Notes: generated by a model not told the origin, from the sequence alone. Shown: positions 19,649 to 29,087, counted from the first letter of the stretch. The stretch: 64,000 bases of DNA from Botrimarina sp. (GCF_040219535.1 NZ_JAVJSH010000002.1:16370-80369), one strand, 5' to 3'. Program-made: numbers and translations.

Positions 19649-20722
19649 ATGATCGACCTCCGCAGCGACACGGTCACCCGCCCCACGCCCGCCATGCGCG
19701 AGGCGATGGCTACCGCCCGAGTCGGCGACGACGTGCTGGGCGACGACCCGACCGTCGCGGAGCTAGAGGCCCGCGTCGCGGAGCTCCTCGGGAAGCCGGC
19801 CGCCCTTTTCGTGCCCTCGGGCACGATGAGCAACCAGCTCGGCGTGCGCGTGCACTGCCAGCCCGGCGACGAGCTCGTCTGCGACACGCAGTGCCACATC
19901 TACAACTACGAGCAAGGCGCCTACGCGCAGCTGTTCGGCGTGGCCGCGCGGCCGCTCGACACGCCCGGCGGCGTGCCCACGACCGACCAGCTCGACGCAG
20001 CGATCCGTCCCGACAACATCCACTTCCCACGCACGCGGCTGTTGTGCCTGGAGAACACGCACAACCGCTGGGGCGGACGTTCGGCCGAGTACGACGAGGT
20101 CCGCGCGGCTTGCGAGCTGGCGGCCCAGCGCGGCCTAGCCCGTCACTTGGATGGAGCGCGGCTGTGGAACGCGGCCGTCGCTAGCGGACGGCCCTGGAGC
20201 GACGAGCTGCGCCGCTGGGGCGGGTTGTTCGACACGGTTAGCGTCTGCTTCAGCAAGGGCCTCGGCGCGCCGGTCGGCTCGGCCCTCTGCGGCCCCGCCG
20301 ATCTGATCCGCCAAGCCCGCCGCACCCGCAAGGCCCTCGGGGGCGGCATGCGGCAGGCAGGCGTGATCGCCGCGGCGGCGCTCTACGCACTGGAGCACCA
20401 CGTCGACCGCTTGGCCGACGACCACCGCCGAGCGCACACGCTCGCCCAGGCGGTCCGCGAAACGCCCGGCCTGTCGCTGGTCGACGACCGCTGCGACACG
20501 AACCTGGTGCTGGTGGACGTCGACCCCTCGCTCGGCGCGGCGGCGGGTTTCGCCGGCCGGCTCGCCGGACACGGCGTCGGCCTCCTGGCGATCGGCCCGC
20601 AACGCGTGCGCGCCGTGACGCACCTGGACGTGGACGACACGCAGATCCATCGGGCGACTAGCGCCCTACGGGATTCGCTGCCGGCCGGCCGCAGCTCGGC
20701 GTCCGCCGCTGGAAGCTATTAG
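19649..20722 (+). CDS. ltaE: low-specificity L-threonine aldolase
   Basis: MIDLRSDTVTRPT..GDDVLGDDPTV..FVPSGTMSNQ..CFSKGLGAPVGS is the beta-eliminating lyase / threonine aldolase pattern. Confidence 0.85.
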   Translation: MIDLRSDTVTRPTPAMREAMATARVGDDVLGDDPTVAELEARVAELLGKPAALFVPSGTMSNQLGVRVHCQPGDELVCDTQCHIYNYEQGAYAQLFGVAARPLDTPGGVPTTDQLDAAIRPDNIHFPRTRLLCLENTHNRWGGRSAEYDEVRAACELAAQRGLARHLDGARLWNAAVASGRPWSDELRRWGGLFDTVSVCFSKGLGAPVGSALCGPADLIRQARRTRKALGGGMRQAGVIAAAALYALEHHVDRLADDHRRAHTLAQAVRETPGLSLVDDRCDTNLVLVDVDPSLGAAAGFAGRLAGHGVGLLAIGPQRVRAVTHLDVDDTQIHRATSALRDSLPAGRSSASAAGSY

Positions 20723-20753
20723 CCTCATCCCACGACTAGCCTCATCCCACGAC
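20720..20753. repeat. perfect 17-bp tandem duplication TAGCCTCATCCCACGAC x2
   Basis: Read directly. The first copy starts with the ltaE stop codon (20720-20722). Confidence 0.9.
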
Positions 20754-20786
20754 GCTCCCGTTCCGCGGATCGCCGTGGCCACCGAA

Positions 20787-20801
20787 TTAACATTCTGTTA
20801 A
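20787..20801 (+). promoter_or_regulatory. palindrome TTAACAttcTGTTAA, candidate HigA operator/promoter element
   Basis: A 6-bp inverted repeat with a 3-bp spacer lies 45 nt upstream of the higB ATG, in a locally AT-richer stretch. TA operons are typically autoregulated at such palindromes. Confidence 0.35.
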
Positions 20802-20846
20802 ACTTCGGCGACAGGCGATCGAGCGCGGGCTAGGCTGGGTCGGGGC

Positions 20847-21134
20847 ATGAGAGTTATCTCGAGGAAAACGCTACGCGAGTTCTGGGAGCAGCACCCCGAC
20901 GCCGAATCCCCCCTGCGTGCATGGGCCCAACTCGTCAGCCGCAACCGCTTCGGGAGCTTTGCCGAATTGCGACGGACGTTCCCTACAGCGGACCGTGTAG
21001 GCCGCAAATTCGTGTTCAACATCGGCGGGAACAAGTACCGCCTGATCGCGGCGATACACTTCAACACCCAAGTGCTTTACGTGCGGGGCGTGCTCAGCCA
21101 CGCCGAATACGACCGAGGCGACTGGAAGGACTGA
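20847..21134 (+). CDS. higB: type II toxin HigB (RelE-fold mRNA interferase)
   Basis: MRVISRKTLREFWEQHPDA..FNIGGNKYRLIA.IHF....YVR.VLSHAEYD is the characteristic HigB family sequence. Confidence 0.85.
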   Translation: MRVISRKTLREFWEQHPDAESPLRAWAQLVSRNRFGSFAELRRTFPTADRVGRKFVFNIGGNKYRLIAAIHFNTQVLYVRGVLSHAEYDRGDWKD

Positions 21135-21137
21135 CCG

Positions 21138-21554
21138 ATGGCGAACTCCACCGCAAGCGACCGTCAGAAAGCGGCTTACCTCGACTTGGTTCAAAGGTTC
21201 CCGCTCCGTCCGATCCGCAGCCGGAAGGAGCACGAGGGGGCCCTAGCGGTGATCGGCGAGCTCATGGACGAGCCACGCCTGAGCCGGGCGCACCAGGACT
21301 ATCTTGACGTGCTGGCCTGCCTCGTGGAACGGTACGAGCAGCAGGCCGACCCGATCGGACCAGCGACCGACGCGCAGCTGCTGGCCCACTTAATGGAAGC
21401 ACACGGCGAAACCGCCCTCTATCTGTCGAACGCTGTCGGCATCGCCAACACGACCATCTCGGCCGTGCTCCGCGGCAAGCGGAAACTGACGCGAGCGCAG
21501 GTCGCGGCTCTAGCAGCTCATTACAGCGTATCAACCGCGACCTTCGCGGGCTGA
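21138..21554 (+). CDS. higA: HigA-type HTH (XRE) antitoxin
   Basis: It starts 4 nt after higB. The C-terminal HTH is LSNAVGIANTTISAVLRGKRKLTRAQVAALAAHYSV. Confidence 0.8.
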   Translation: MANSTASDRQKAAYLDLVQRFPLRPIRSRKEHEGALAVIGELMDEPRLSRAHQDYLDVLACLVERYEQQADPIGPATDAQLLAHLMEAHGETALYLSNAVGIANTTISAVLRGKRKLTRAQVAALAAHYSVSTATFAG

Positions 21555-21574
21555 GGCGCCCCGCGCCGCGGCGC

Positions 21575-22810
21575 TCACGCCACGCCGGCCAGGTGCACCG
21601 CGCGGGCCACCCGTTCGATCCCGACCATGAAGGTCGTCGTCCGCAGGCTCAGGTCCCTCTCTTTCGCGCGGTCCCAGATGTCGTCGAACGCGTGCGTGAG
21701 CGTGCGGTCGAGCTCGCCGCGGACGCGGTCGAGCGTCCACCGATAGAACTGCCGGTTCTGCGCCCATTCGAAGTAGCTCACCGTCACGCCGCCGGCGTTC
21801 GCGAGGATGTCCGGCAGCACGGTCACGCCGCGGTGGTGGAGCCGCTCGTCCGCGTCGGGCGTGACGGGGGCGTTGGCCGCTTCGACGATGACCGGCGCCT
21901 TGATCCGCTCGGCGTTGTCCTCGTTGATCACGCCGCCGATCGCCGCGGGGATCAGCACGTCGGCCTCGAGCTCGAGCAGCTCCTCGCCCGGGATCTGCTT
22001 GCCCCCCTCGAAGCCCTCGAGGTGGCCGTGGTTGTCCAACGTGTGCCGCAGCGCGGCTTTGACGTCGATCCCGTCCGGGTCGTGCCACGCGCCGGTGTGG
22101 TCGCTCATCGCGACGATCTTGCAGCCCGACTCGGCGAGGAACTTCGCCGCGTGCGAGCCGACGTTGCCGAAGCCCTGCAGAGCGACCCGCGTGCCGGGCG
22201 CCTTGCGTCCCAAGTGGCCGAGCAGCTTGATCGTCAGCAGGCCCACGCCGCGACCGGTCGCCTCCTCGCGGCCGGGGATGCCGTAGTGCTCGACCGGCTT
22301 GCCGGTCACCACGCCCGGGTTGAACCCGTAGTACTTGGCGAACTGGTTCATGATCCAGGCCATCTCTTCGTGGCCGGTGCCCATGTCCGGCGCGGGGATG
22401 TCGGTGTCGGGGCCGATGACTTGGTGGATCGCGTCGACCAGCTTGCGGGTGACCCGCTCTTTCTCGGCCTGGCTGAGGTCGCGCGGCGACACGGTCACGC
22501 CCCCCTTGGCGCCCCCGTAGGGGATGTTCACCACGGCGGTTTTCCAGGTCATCAGCGACGCGAGGCCGCGGACCTCGTCGAGGTCCACGTGGTGGTGGTA
22601 CCGCAGGCCCCCCTTCATCGGCCCGCGGGCCGAGTTGTGCTGCACGCGGTAGCCGACGAGCGTCTCGAGCGACCCGTCGTCCCGCCGCAGCGGGATCTGC
22701 ACGGTCAGCTCGCGCTCCGGCTGGATCAGCAGCCGGCGGATCTCTTGCGGCAGGTCGAGCTGGTCGGCCGCCTTGTGGAAGTAATGCTGGACCGCCTCGA
22801 AGGCTTTCAT
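21575..22810 (-). CDS. gdhA: Glu/Leu/Phe/Val-family (glutamate) dehydrogenase
   Basis: The catalytic motif region is PMKGGLRYH..PYGGAKGGV. The Rossmann motif is LQGFGNVGSHAA. Confidence 0.9.
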   Translation of the reverse strand: MKAFEAVQHYFHKAADQLDLPQEIRRLLIQPERELTVQIPLRRDDGSLETLVGYRVQHNSARGPMKGGLRYHHHVDLDEVRGLASLMTWKTAVVNIPYGGAKGGVTVSPRDLSQAEKERVTRKLVDAIHQVIGPDTDIPAPDMGTGHEEMAWIMNQFAKYYGFNPGVVTGKPVEHYGIPGREEATGRGVGLLTIKLLGHLGRKAPGTRVALQGFGNVGSHAAKFLAESGCKIVAMSDHTGAWHDPDGIDVKAALRHTLDNHGHLEGFEGGKQIPGEELLELEADVLIPAAIGGVINEDNAERIKAPVIVEAANAPVTPDADERLHHRGVTVLPDILANAGGVTVSYFEWAQNRQFYRWTLDRVRGELDRTLTHAFDDIWDRAKERDLSLRTTTFMVGIERVARAVHLAGVA

Positions 22811-22938
22811 GCAGTGCGGCTTGTGAATCGGGGTGTTGCGAGAGTGGGCAGGCCTAGACTGTAGCGCGGCGGGCCGCTTCGCAACAATAACCGGCCCCGT
22901 TCGTAGCGGCGCCGAGCGGCCGCCCGTAGACTAAACGG

Positions 22939-24345
22939 ATGCGGCAGAGACCCGGTTCGCTCGTATCGCTCTTGACCATCGCCGCGGCCGCCGGCTGCGG
23001 CAAGCCCGCTGCGCCGCCGCAGCCGGCGGCCCCGCCCGCTCCGCCCGCAGCGGCTTCGCCCGAGCCGCCCCTCCCGGCGGCGACCGCGCCGGAGTCGACC
23101 GGCGACGGCCGCCGGCTCGCCGATGACGATGGCCGCACGCTCTGGGCGTCGCCGACCGACGGGGGGCCGATCGACCTGTCGCTCGTCCCCGACCAGAGCG
23201 GCCTGTTCCTGTTCGCTCGGCCAGCGGCGTTGCTCGCTACCGACGAGGGGCGGCGAGTGTGGCGCGCGCTGGGTCCCTCTGGCCGGGCGGCCCGAGCTGC
23301 GGTCGAGTCGGCCGCCGGCAAGCCTCTGGAGGACGTCGGCTCGGTCGCCATTGGCGTGCGGGCCGGCCAGTCGTACGACCGCGTGGCGGCGACGCTGCTC
23401 GTCGAACCAGAGCCCACCGACGCGGCGCCGCTGGTTCAGCGCGAGGTCGAGCAGCTCCTCGAAGCGACCGACCGCGACCGCTGCTTGACCCTCGTTTTCT
23501 CGCCCCGCTTCTTGCTGGGCGACGGCGCCTCGCTGCTGGATGGCGCCTGGGCGCCGCTACGCGGATTGCTCCTCGCCCAGACCCGGGACCGCTGGTCAGC
23601 CGCGTCGCTCAGCCTGCACGTGGACGAGCCCGGCCGGCTCTACTGGGAGCTCCGCGTGCTGGCCGACGCCCGCACCCCCGAGACCCACACCGCCCAAGCC
23701 GTCGCCCAGCGGGCGGGCCAGTGGGGCGATGAGCTGCGCCGCGTGGTCGACGCCCGCGAGTGGTCGCCGTACAGCGCGGCGGTGGTCCAGAGGTCGCCGG
23801 AGATGCTCCGGGTGCTCGGCAAGTACGCGCGGCGGGGCGTCGAGGGGAGGCAGGCGGTGGTCAACGGCTGGGCGCCGCCGGGCGCGGCTCACCAACTGCT
23901 CCTGGCGGGCGAGCGGATCGTCGCCGAGCTCGCCGCGCCGGCCGCCCGGCCCGTGACGCCCGCCGCCGACAGCCCGCCGGCGACGCTCGCCGAGCGGCTC
24001 CAGCGGCCGGTCACCATCCGCTTTGCGCGGGAATCGCTTGAAACGGCTGTGTCGGTTCTGTCGGAAGCGATCGGCGCACCGATCGAGATCCTCGGCCGCG
24101 ACCTACAGTTGGAGGGCATCACTCGGAACCAGATGCTCGCCATCGACTTAGAACAACAGCCCGCCGCCACGGCGCTGGTCGAGGTGCTCCGTCGCGCGAA
24201 CCCCAACCCGCTCGCCGAAGGGCCGGCCGACCCAAGGCAACAGTTGGTCTACGCGGTCCGCGACGACAAGCTGGTCGTGACCACCCGCGCCGCGGCCCGG
24301 CGCCGTGGCGAGGCGCTGCCCGCGGCCTTTGTCGCCGCGGAATAA
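22939..24345 (+). CDS. hypothetical lipoprotein
   Basis: A lipobox is present (LLTIAAAAGCG), followed by a Pro/Ala linker. The C-terminal roughly 100 aa (VTIRFARESLETAVSVLSEAIGAPIEILG...LVVTT) resembles an STN / secretin-N0-like module. That resemblance is inference. Confidence 0.5.
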   Translation: MRQRPGSLVSLLTIAAAAGCGKPAAPPQPAAPPAPPAAASPEPPLPAATAPESTGDGRRLADDDGRTLWASPTDGGPIDLSLVPDQSGLFLFARPAALLATDEGRRVWRALGPSGRAARAAVESAAGKPLEDVGSVAIGVRAGQSYDRVAATLLVEPEPTDAAPLVQREVEQLLEATDRDRCLTLVFSPRFLLGDGASLLDGAWAPLRGLLLAQTRDRWSAASLSLHVDEPGRLYWELRVLADARTPETHTAQAVAQRAGQWGDELRRVVDAREWSPYSAAVVQRSPEMLRVLGKYARRGVEGRQAVVNGWAPPGAAHQLLLAGERIVAELAAPAARPVTPAADSPPATLAERLQRPVTIRFARESLETAVSVLSEAIGAPIEILGRDLQLEGITRNQMLAIDLEQQPAATALVEVLRRANPNPLAEGPADPRQQLVYAVRDDKLVVTTRAAARRRGEALPAAFVAAE

Positions 24346-24401
24346 ACAGCCGCCGGATTGCCGAATCACCCGCTCCGCGAGCCCCACTCCACCCGCCCCC
24401 C

Positions 24402-26423
24402 GTGACGACGATCCGCGTCCAATGCGAAACCTGCCGCGCGAAGCTGCGGGTGCGCGACGAGGGCTTCCTCGGCGAGGTCCACGCCTGCCCGCGTTGCGGC
24501 AGCATGGTGCTGATCGCCCCCGGCGGCGCGGCGCCTAGCGAATCGGCGCTGCCGTCGGCCGGCACGACCGCCGCGCTCAGCAACACCCTCGAGGCCCTCG
24601 ACGACGGGCTCGACACCGAGTTAAACCAGGGTCCCGCCAGCGGCGACCCGCCCGATTCGATTGCCCAGTCGCCTGCCACAGACGGCGCGGGCGCCGACCT
24701 GCCTACCGAGACCGACGCGGCCACCCCGACGGCGGCCGAAACCACCGGCGGCTTGGCGGCCTGGGCGCCGCTGGCGACCGCCGGCGTCGCGCTCGCGGCG
24801 ACGGCCGCGGTGCTGGTTCTCTGGGCCTTCCAGACCTGGGCCCGTCGGGACGCTTCGGCCTCAGGGGGCGAATCCTCCGCCGCCGCCTCGGCCGACGTTC
24901 TGCCATCGAGCGTTTCCGACGCGGCCGAATCGCAACGGCCAGGACCGGAAGAAGAGGCCCTCGCCGCGTCCGACTCGCGGCCGGTCGACCTCAGCGCCGA
25001 CACGGCGGCGCCCGATCCCCCGCCACCCGAAGCGGCGCTTCCCGATGCGCCCCCAAGCTCGCCAACCGACGAGCGACCCGATGCCGACCAGCCGGAGCGT
25101 GTCGCGTTGGCCGATCGGCCGGCCCCCGCGCGCGACGAGCCCGACGCGACGCCCCCGCCGACCGACGACGCCGAGCCGATGGCGATCGACCCGCTCGCTA
25201 TCGACCCGCTCGAGGCGGAGCTGATCCTCCGTCGCACGCCGGGCGACAACAGCCCGACCGACGACACGCCGGCCGACGCGGTCGCGCTGGATGGCGCCGC
25301 TTCGGGTGAGGTGGATCTCCAAGCGCCGCTCTCTCCCGAGGCCGAACTCGATCAGCGATTGGCTCGGGTCGCCAGCGGACAAGGCATCTGGCTGCAACGC
25401 GGCCCCACCGACGAGACCACCGGCCCCCCTACGGCCGACGCCGCCCAGCGCCTGGCCTCGCTGTCGCCGGCGATGGAGCTCCGGGGCGTTCCTCTGAGCG
25501 CCGCGGTTGGCTTGGTCCGCGACCTGTCAGGCGTGCCGGTGGCGCTCTCGCCCGCCGCTTTGCGACGCGCCGCCACGGGGGCGGACACGGAGATCGACTT
25601 GGTATCTGACAACGAGCCGCTGGGCGACGTGTTGGCCGATGCGTTGTCGCGGTCGCGACTGGCGTACGCCACGTCCGGGCCTTACGCGGTCGTGACCCGC
25701 CAAGGAGTCGACGGATCTAAATCGATCACCCACCAGGTCGGCGACTTGGTCGGCGACGAGCCGTCGCGGCTCGCCGAGTGGCTCACGGAGCTGACGCCGC
25801 TCGCCGACCCGGCCACGATCGACACGGACGGCCGCCTGACGCTCGCCGCGCCGCTGGCGACCCACTACGACCTGGTCGTGCTCTGCGAGCGTTTGCGTTT
25901 GGCGCGCGGCGGCGCGCCGGCGACGAAGTACCCGCGCGAGCTGCTGACCGCCGAGCCCGCGCTGCTGGCGGCCGCGCCGGTCCTCGACCGGCGCACGACG
26001 TTCAGCTTCGTCGAGCCCGCCACGCTGGCGGAGTTGTTCGACCACTTCGAGCGCGTGACCGGGCGGCCCTTCCTCGTCGACTGGCCGGCGCTTGGGGAGC
26101 TGGGCCTCGGGCCCCGATCGAGGGTCGCGTGCTCGGTCGTGAACCGGCCATGGCGGGCGGCCCTCGACGGCGTGCTCGGCCCGCTCGGCCTGAGCTGGGA
26201 CGCGACGCCGCTGGGGCCGCTAGTTGTTTCGACCGGCGCCCCGTCGCCCGATTGGCGACGGACCGACTTCTACCCCGTCCCGCAAGAAGAAGCGCAGCGC
26301 CTCGCCGAACGGCTGCCCGGCGGCGCGGCGACCGCGTACGACGCGGCCTCCGGCACGCTCGGCGTGCACGGCGGCCCCGCGGTTCACCAGGCCGTCTGGG
26401 CGGCGCTGCGACGCGCGCCGTGA
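24402..26423 (+). CDS. hypothetical protein with N-terminal zinc ribbon, long acidic Pro/Ala-rich low-complexity region and two STN-like C-terminal modules
   Basis: The N-terminal zinc ribbon is IRVQCETCRAKLRV..HACPRCGSMVLI (CxxC..CxxC). One TM-like segment is LAAWAPLATAGVALAATAAVLVLWAF. Function is unknown. Confidence 0.5.
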   Translation: MTTIRVQCETCRAKLRVRDEGFLGEVHACPRCGSMVLIAPGGAAPSESALPSAGTTAALSNTLEALDDGLDTELNQGPASGDPPDSIAQSPATDGAGADLPTETDAATPTAAETTGGLAAWAPLATAGVALAATAAVLVLWAFQTWARRDASASGGESSAAASADVLPSSVSDAAESQRPGPEEEALAASDSRPVDLSADTAAPDPPPPEAALPDAPPSSPTDERPDADQPERVALADRPAPARDEPDATPPPTDDAEPMAIDPLAIDPLEAELILRRTPGDNSPTDDTPADAVALDGAASGEVDLQAPLSPEAELDQRLARVASGQGIWLQRGPTDETTGPPTADAAQRLASLSPAMELRGVPLSAAVGLVRDLSGVPVALSPAALRRAATGADTEIDLVSDNEPLGDVLADALSRSRLAYATSGPYAVVTRQGVDGSKSITHQVGDLVGDEPSRLAEWLTELTPLADPATIDTDGRLTLAAPLATHYDLVVLCERLRLARGGAPATKYPRELLTAEPALLAAAPVLDRRTTFSFVEPATLAELFDHFERVTGRPFLVDWPALGELGLGPRSRVACSVVNRPWRAALDGVLGPLGLSWDATPLGPLVVSTGAPSPDWRRTDFYPVPQEEAQRLAERLPGGAATAYDAASGTLGVHGGPAVHQAVWAALRRAP

Positions 26424-26454
26424 TCGGCGCCTCGCTGCGGCGCGGCCGGCGGGG

Positions 26455-27468
26455 CTACAAGGTCCGGTCCATCGCGTCGGCGATACGCCGGCACTGGCCC
26501 ATCATCGCTTCGAACGCGTCGCACGAGAGGGTCTGGTAGCCGTCGCTCTTGGCGTTCTCCGGGTCGGGGTGGACCTCGACGATCAAGCCGTCCGCGCCGG
26601 CGGCGATCCCCGCCCGCGCCATCGCCGGCACCAGGTTCGTGTGGCCGGTCCCGTGGCTCGGGTCCACCACGACCGGCAAGTGGGTCTTCTGCTGCAGGTA
26701 GGGGACCGTGGTGAGCGGCAGCGTGAAGCGCACGTGCGACTCGAACGTGCGGATGCCGCGCTCGCAGAGGATCACGCGGCCGTTGCCGCCGTCGAGGATG
26801 TACTCGGCGGCCAGCAGCAGCTCGTCGACCGTGGCGCTGGGGCCCCGTTTGAGCAGCACCGCGGCGTTGGCCTTGCCGCAGGCCTCGAGCAGCCGGTAGT
26901 TCTGCATGTTCCGCGCGCCGATCTGCAGCACGTCGGCGTACTCCGACACGAGCGGCACGTCCTCCGGCGAGACGACCTCGGTCACGATCGCCAGGCCGGT
27001 CTCTTCGCGGGCCTTGGCCAGCAGCTTGAGCCCCTCTTCCTTCATGCCCTGGAAGCTGTAGGGGCTGGTGCGCGGCTTGAACGCGCCGCCCCGCAGCGCG
27101 GTGGCGCCGGCCGCCTTGACGGCCTTGGCGGTCGCCACGATCTGCTCTTCGCTCTCCACGCTGCAGGGCCCGGCGATCACGCCGATCGACTTGCCGCCCA
27201 GCTCGAGCGACCCCGCGCGCACGACGGACGTCTCCTCGTGCGCCTCGCGGCTGGCGAGCTTGTACGGCGCGAGGACCGGCATCACGTTGTCCACGCCCGG
27301 AGCGGACTCGAGCGACCGCACGCCGTTGACCCGCTCGTCGCCGATGGCGGCGACCACCGTTCGCTCGGTTCCACGGAGCACGTTCGCCTTGAGGCCGAGG
27401 GCTTCGACGTGCTCGACCAGGTGCTGCAACTGTTCTTCGGTAGCCGAGCGTTTCATCACGACGATCAT
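26455..27468 (-). CDS. aroF: 3-deoxy-7-phosphoheptulonate (DAHP) synthase, type I-beta with N-terminal ferredoxin-like regulatory domain
   Basis: [68 protein letters not shown] matches the Thermotoga-type DAHPS/KDO8PS fold. Confidence 0.9.
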   Translation of the reverse strand: MIVVMKRSATEEQLQHLVEHVEALGLKANVLRGTERTVVAAIGDERVNGVRSLESAPGVDNVMPVLAPYKLASREAHEETSVVRAGSLELGGKSIGVIAGPCSVESEEQIVATAKAVKAAGATALRGGAFKPRTSPYSFQGMKEEGLKLLAKAREETGLAIVTEVVSPEDVPLVSEYADVLQIGARNMQNYRLLEACGKANAAVLLKRGPSATVDELLLAAEYILDGGNGRVILCERGIRTFESHVRFTLPLTTVPYLQQKTHLPVVVDPSHGTGHTNLVPAMARAGIAAGADGLIVEVHPDPENAKSDGYQTLSCDAFEAMMGQCRRIADAMDRTL

Positions 27469-27543
27469 GGCGGTTCGGTGTGGCTAGGGTCGCCGCTCGG
27501 CGGCGCGTGGGAGAGAGATTTCGAGAAAAAGCGGGGAACAAGC

Positions 27544-27590
27544 AAACAAAAAAACCCCGGGGCGCCTGAGGGGGGGGGCGACCCGGGGTT
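27544..27590 (-). terminator. intrinsic terminator between the leader ORF and aroF
   Basis: On the minus-strand RNA, AACCCCGGGUCGCC (27590-27577) pairs with GGCGCCCCGGGGUU (27566-27553). That gives 13 of 14 pairs, a 10-nt C-rich loop and a run of seven U ending at 27548. Confidence 0.8.
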
Positions 27591-27617
27591 CGGTGATCTG
27601 CCTAACTGAAAGCGGCG

Positions 27618-27698
27618 TTACACACGACCCTCCGCGCCCCGGCTTCCGTAAAAGAAGCCGAGGAAGGTAAACCAGAAGTAGGTCGCTGCCGCTTGCAT
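27618..27698 (-). CDS. candidate 26-aa aromatic-rich leader peptide MQAAATYFWFTFLGFFYGSRGAEGRV
   Basis: The ATG is at 27698 and the TAA at 27618-27620. Eight of the eleven residues 7-17 are F/Y/W. The ORF lies upstream of DAHP synthase and is followed after 27 nt by a terminator. Confidence 0.55.
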   Translation of the reverse strand: MQAAATYFWFTFLGFFYGSRGAEGRV

Positions 27699-27704
27699 CC
27701 CTCG

Positions 27705-27733
27705 AGTATCACTCCGCTTAGGAAAGAAAGCAA
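27705..27733 (-). promoter_or_regulatory. candidate sigma70-type promoter TTGCTT-17 nt-GATACT for the leader transcript
   Basis: On the minus strand the -35 is at 27733-27728 and the -10 at 27710-27705. The -10 ends 6 nt before the leader ATG, so the transcript would be leaderless or nearly so. This rests on a pattern match only. Confidence 0.3.
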
Positions 27734-27819
27734 GCGGAAACGGCCCCCGGGTCGCCGCGGCCCGCTCGGCCGCTAGAATCCCAGCGAGAGCCCCCGCCCG
27801 TCGTCCCGACGCAAAGTCT

Positions 27820-28506
27820 ATGACCCCCACTCGATCCCTCGCCGCCGTGGCCGCACTTGCCGCCGCGGCGTTTGGAGCAGTTTCCCTTATGAGTGACGCC
27901 GCCCCCGCCCGCGACGACCTGTCCGCCGCGAAAGCGACCCCCGCCGACTCCGACCGCCCTACCCGCGGCGCCGCTGTGGCTACTTTCGGCGGCGGCTGCT
28001 TCTGGTGCACCGAGGCCGTGTTCGAGGCGACGGCCGGTGTCGACTCGGCCGTGTCGGGCTACGCCGGCGGCGACACCCCCGATCCGACCTACGAGCAGGT
28101 TTGCTCCGGCACGAGCGGCCACGCCGAGGTGATCCAGGTCACCTACGACCCGGGCAAGGTCTCGTACGAGCGGCTCCTCGAGATCTTCTTCCGCACCCAC
28201 GACCCGACGACGCTCAACCGCCAAGGCGCCGACGTGGGCACGCAGTACCGGAGCGTCGTCTTCTACCACGACGAGGACCAACGCCAGACCGCCGAGCGCG
28301 TGAAGGCAGCCCTCAACGAGTCCGGCGCGTACGACGACCCGATCGTCACTCAGGTCGCGCCGCTGGAGAAGTTCTACGAAGCCGAGCCCTACCACCAGGA
28401 CTACTTCGCGAACAACCCGGGCCAGGGTTACTGCCGCGCGGTGATCGCTCCCAAGATGGACAAGTTCCGCAAGGCGTTCGCCGATCAGCTCAAGCCGGCC
28501 GACTGA
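27820..28506 (+). CDS. msrA: peptide-methionine (S)-S-oxide reductase MsrA with signal peptide
   Basis: The MsrA core [24 protein letters not shown] is present. The N-terminus is hydrophobic. Confidence 0.9.
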   Translation: MTPTRSLAAVAALAAAAFGAVSLMSDAAPARDDLSAAKATPADSDRPTRGAAVATFGGGCFWCTEAVFEATAGVDSAVSGYAGGDTPDPTYEQVCSGTSGHAEVIQVTYDPGKVSYERLLEIFFRTHDPTTLNRQGADVGTQYRSVVFYHDEDQRQTAERVKAALNESGAYDDPIVTQVAPLEKFYEAEPYHQDYFANNPGQGYCRAVIAPKMDKFRKAFADQLKPAD

Positions 28507-28544
28507 ACCGCCCGCAGCCCGCAGCACAGACAGGGCCCTCCGCT

Positions 28545-29087
28545 ATGCGTAAGTTCCTCGCCATCGCCGCCGCGTCGATCGGCGCCGTCGCAGCCGCAGC
28601 CTACGCCGCGGGCGACGCCGCCTCGTCGGAGTCCGCCGCACGCGAGCCGCTGCCGCCCGACACCGACTGGTCCAAGGTCGACTGGAAGGAGCGGCTCACC
28701 GCCGAGCAGTACCGCGTCACCCGCGAGGCGGGCACCGAGCGGCCGTTCGACAACGCGTACTGGGACAACAAGCAAGCGGGCGAGTACCGCTGCGTCGGCT
28801 GCGACCTGCCGCTCTACTCCTCCGAGGCGAAGTACGAGTCCGGCACCGGGTGGCCCAGCTTCTACAAGCCGGTCGACCCCAAGGCGGTCAGCGAGCACGA
28901 GGACCGCGGTTGGTTCACCACCCGCACCGAGACCCGCTGCGCCCGCTGCGACGCGCACCTGGGGCACGTGTTCGAAGACGGCCCCGAGCCGACGGGTCTG
29001 CGTTACTGCATGAACTCGGCGGCGCTGCGATTCGTGCAAGAGCCCACCGAGGGAGGCGTGGAAGCGAAGGTTGAGTCGACTCGCTAA
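28545..29087 (+). CDS. msrB: peptide-methionine (R)-S-oxide reductase MsrB with signal peptide
   Basis: Zinc-site CxxC pairs ([21 protein letters not shown]) and the RYCMNSAAL active-site motif are present. The ATG at 28545 lies inside ORF 28005..29087. Confidence 0.9.
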   Translation: MRKFLAIAAASIGAVAAAAYAAGDAASSESAAREPLPPDTDWSKVDWKERLTAEQYRVTREAGTERPFDNAYWDNKQAGEYRCVGCDLPLYSSEAKYESGTGWPSFYKPVDPKAVSEHEDRGWFTTRTETRCARCDAHLGHVFEDGPEPTGLRYCMNSAALRFVQEPTEGGVEAKVESTR

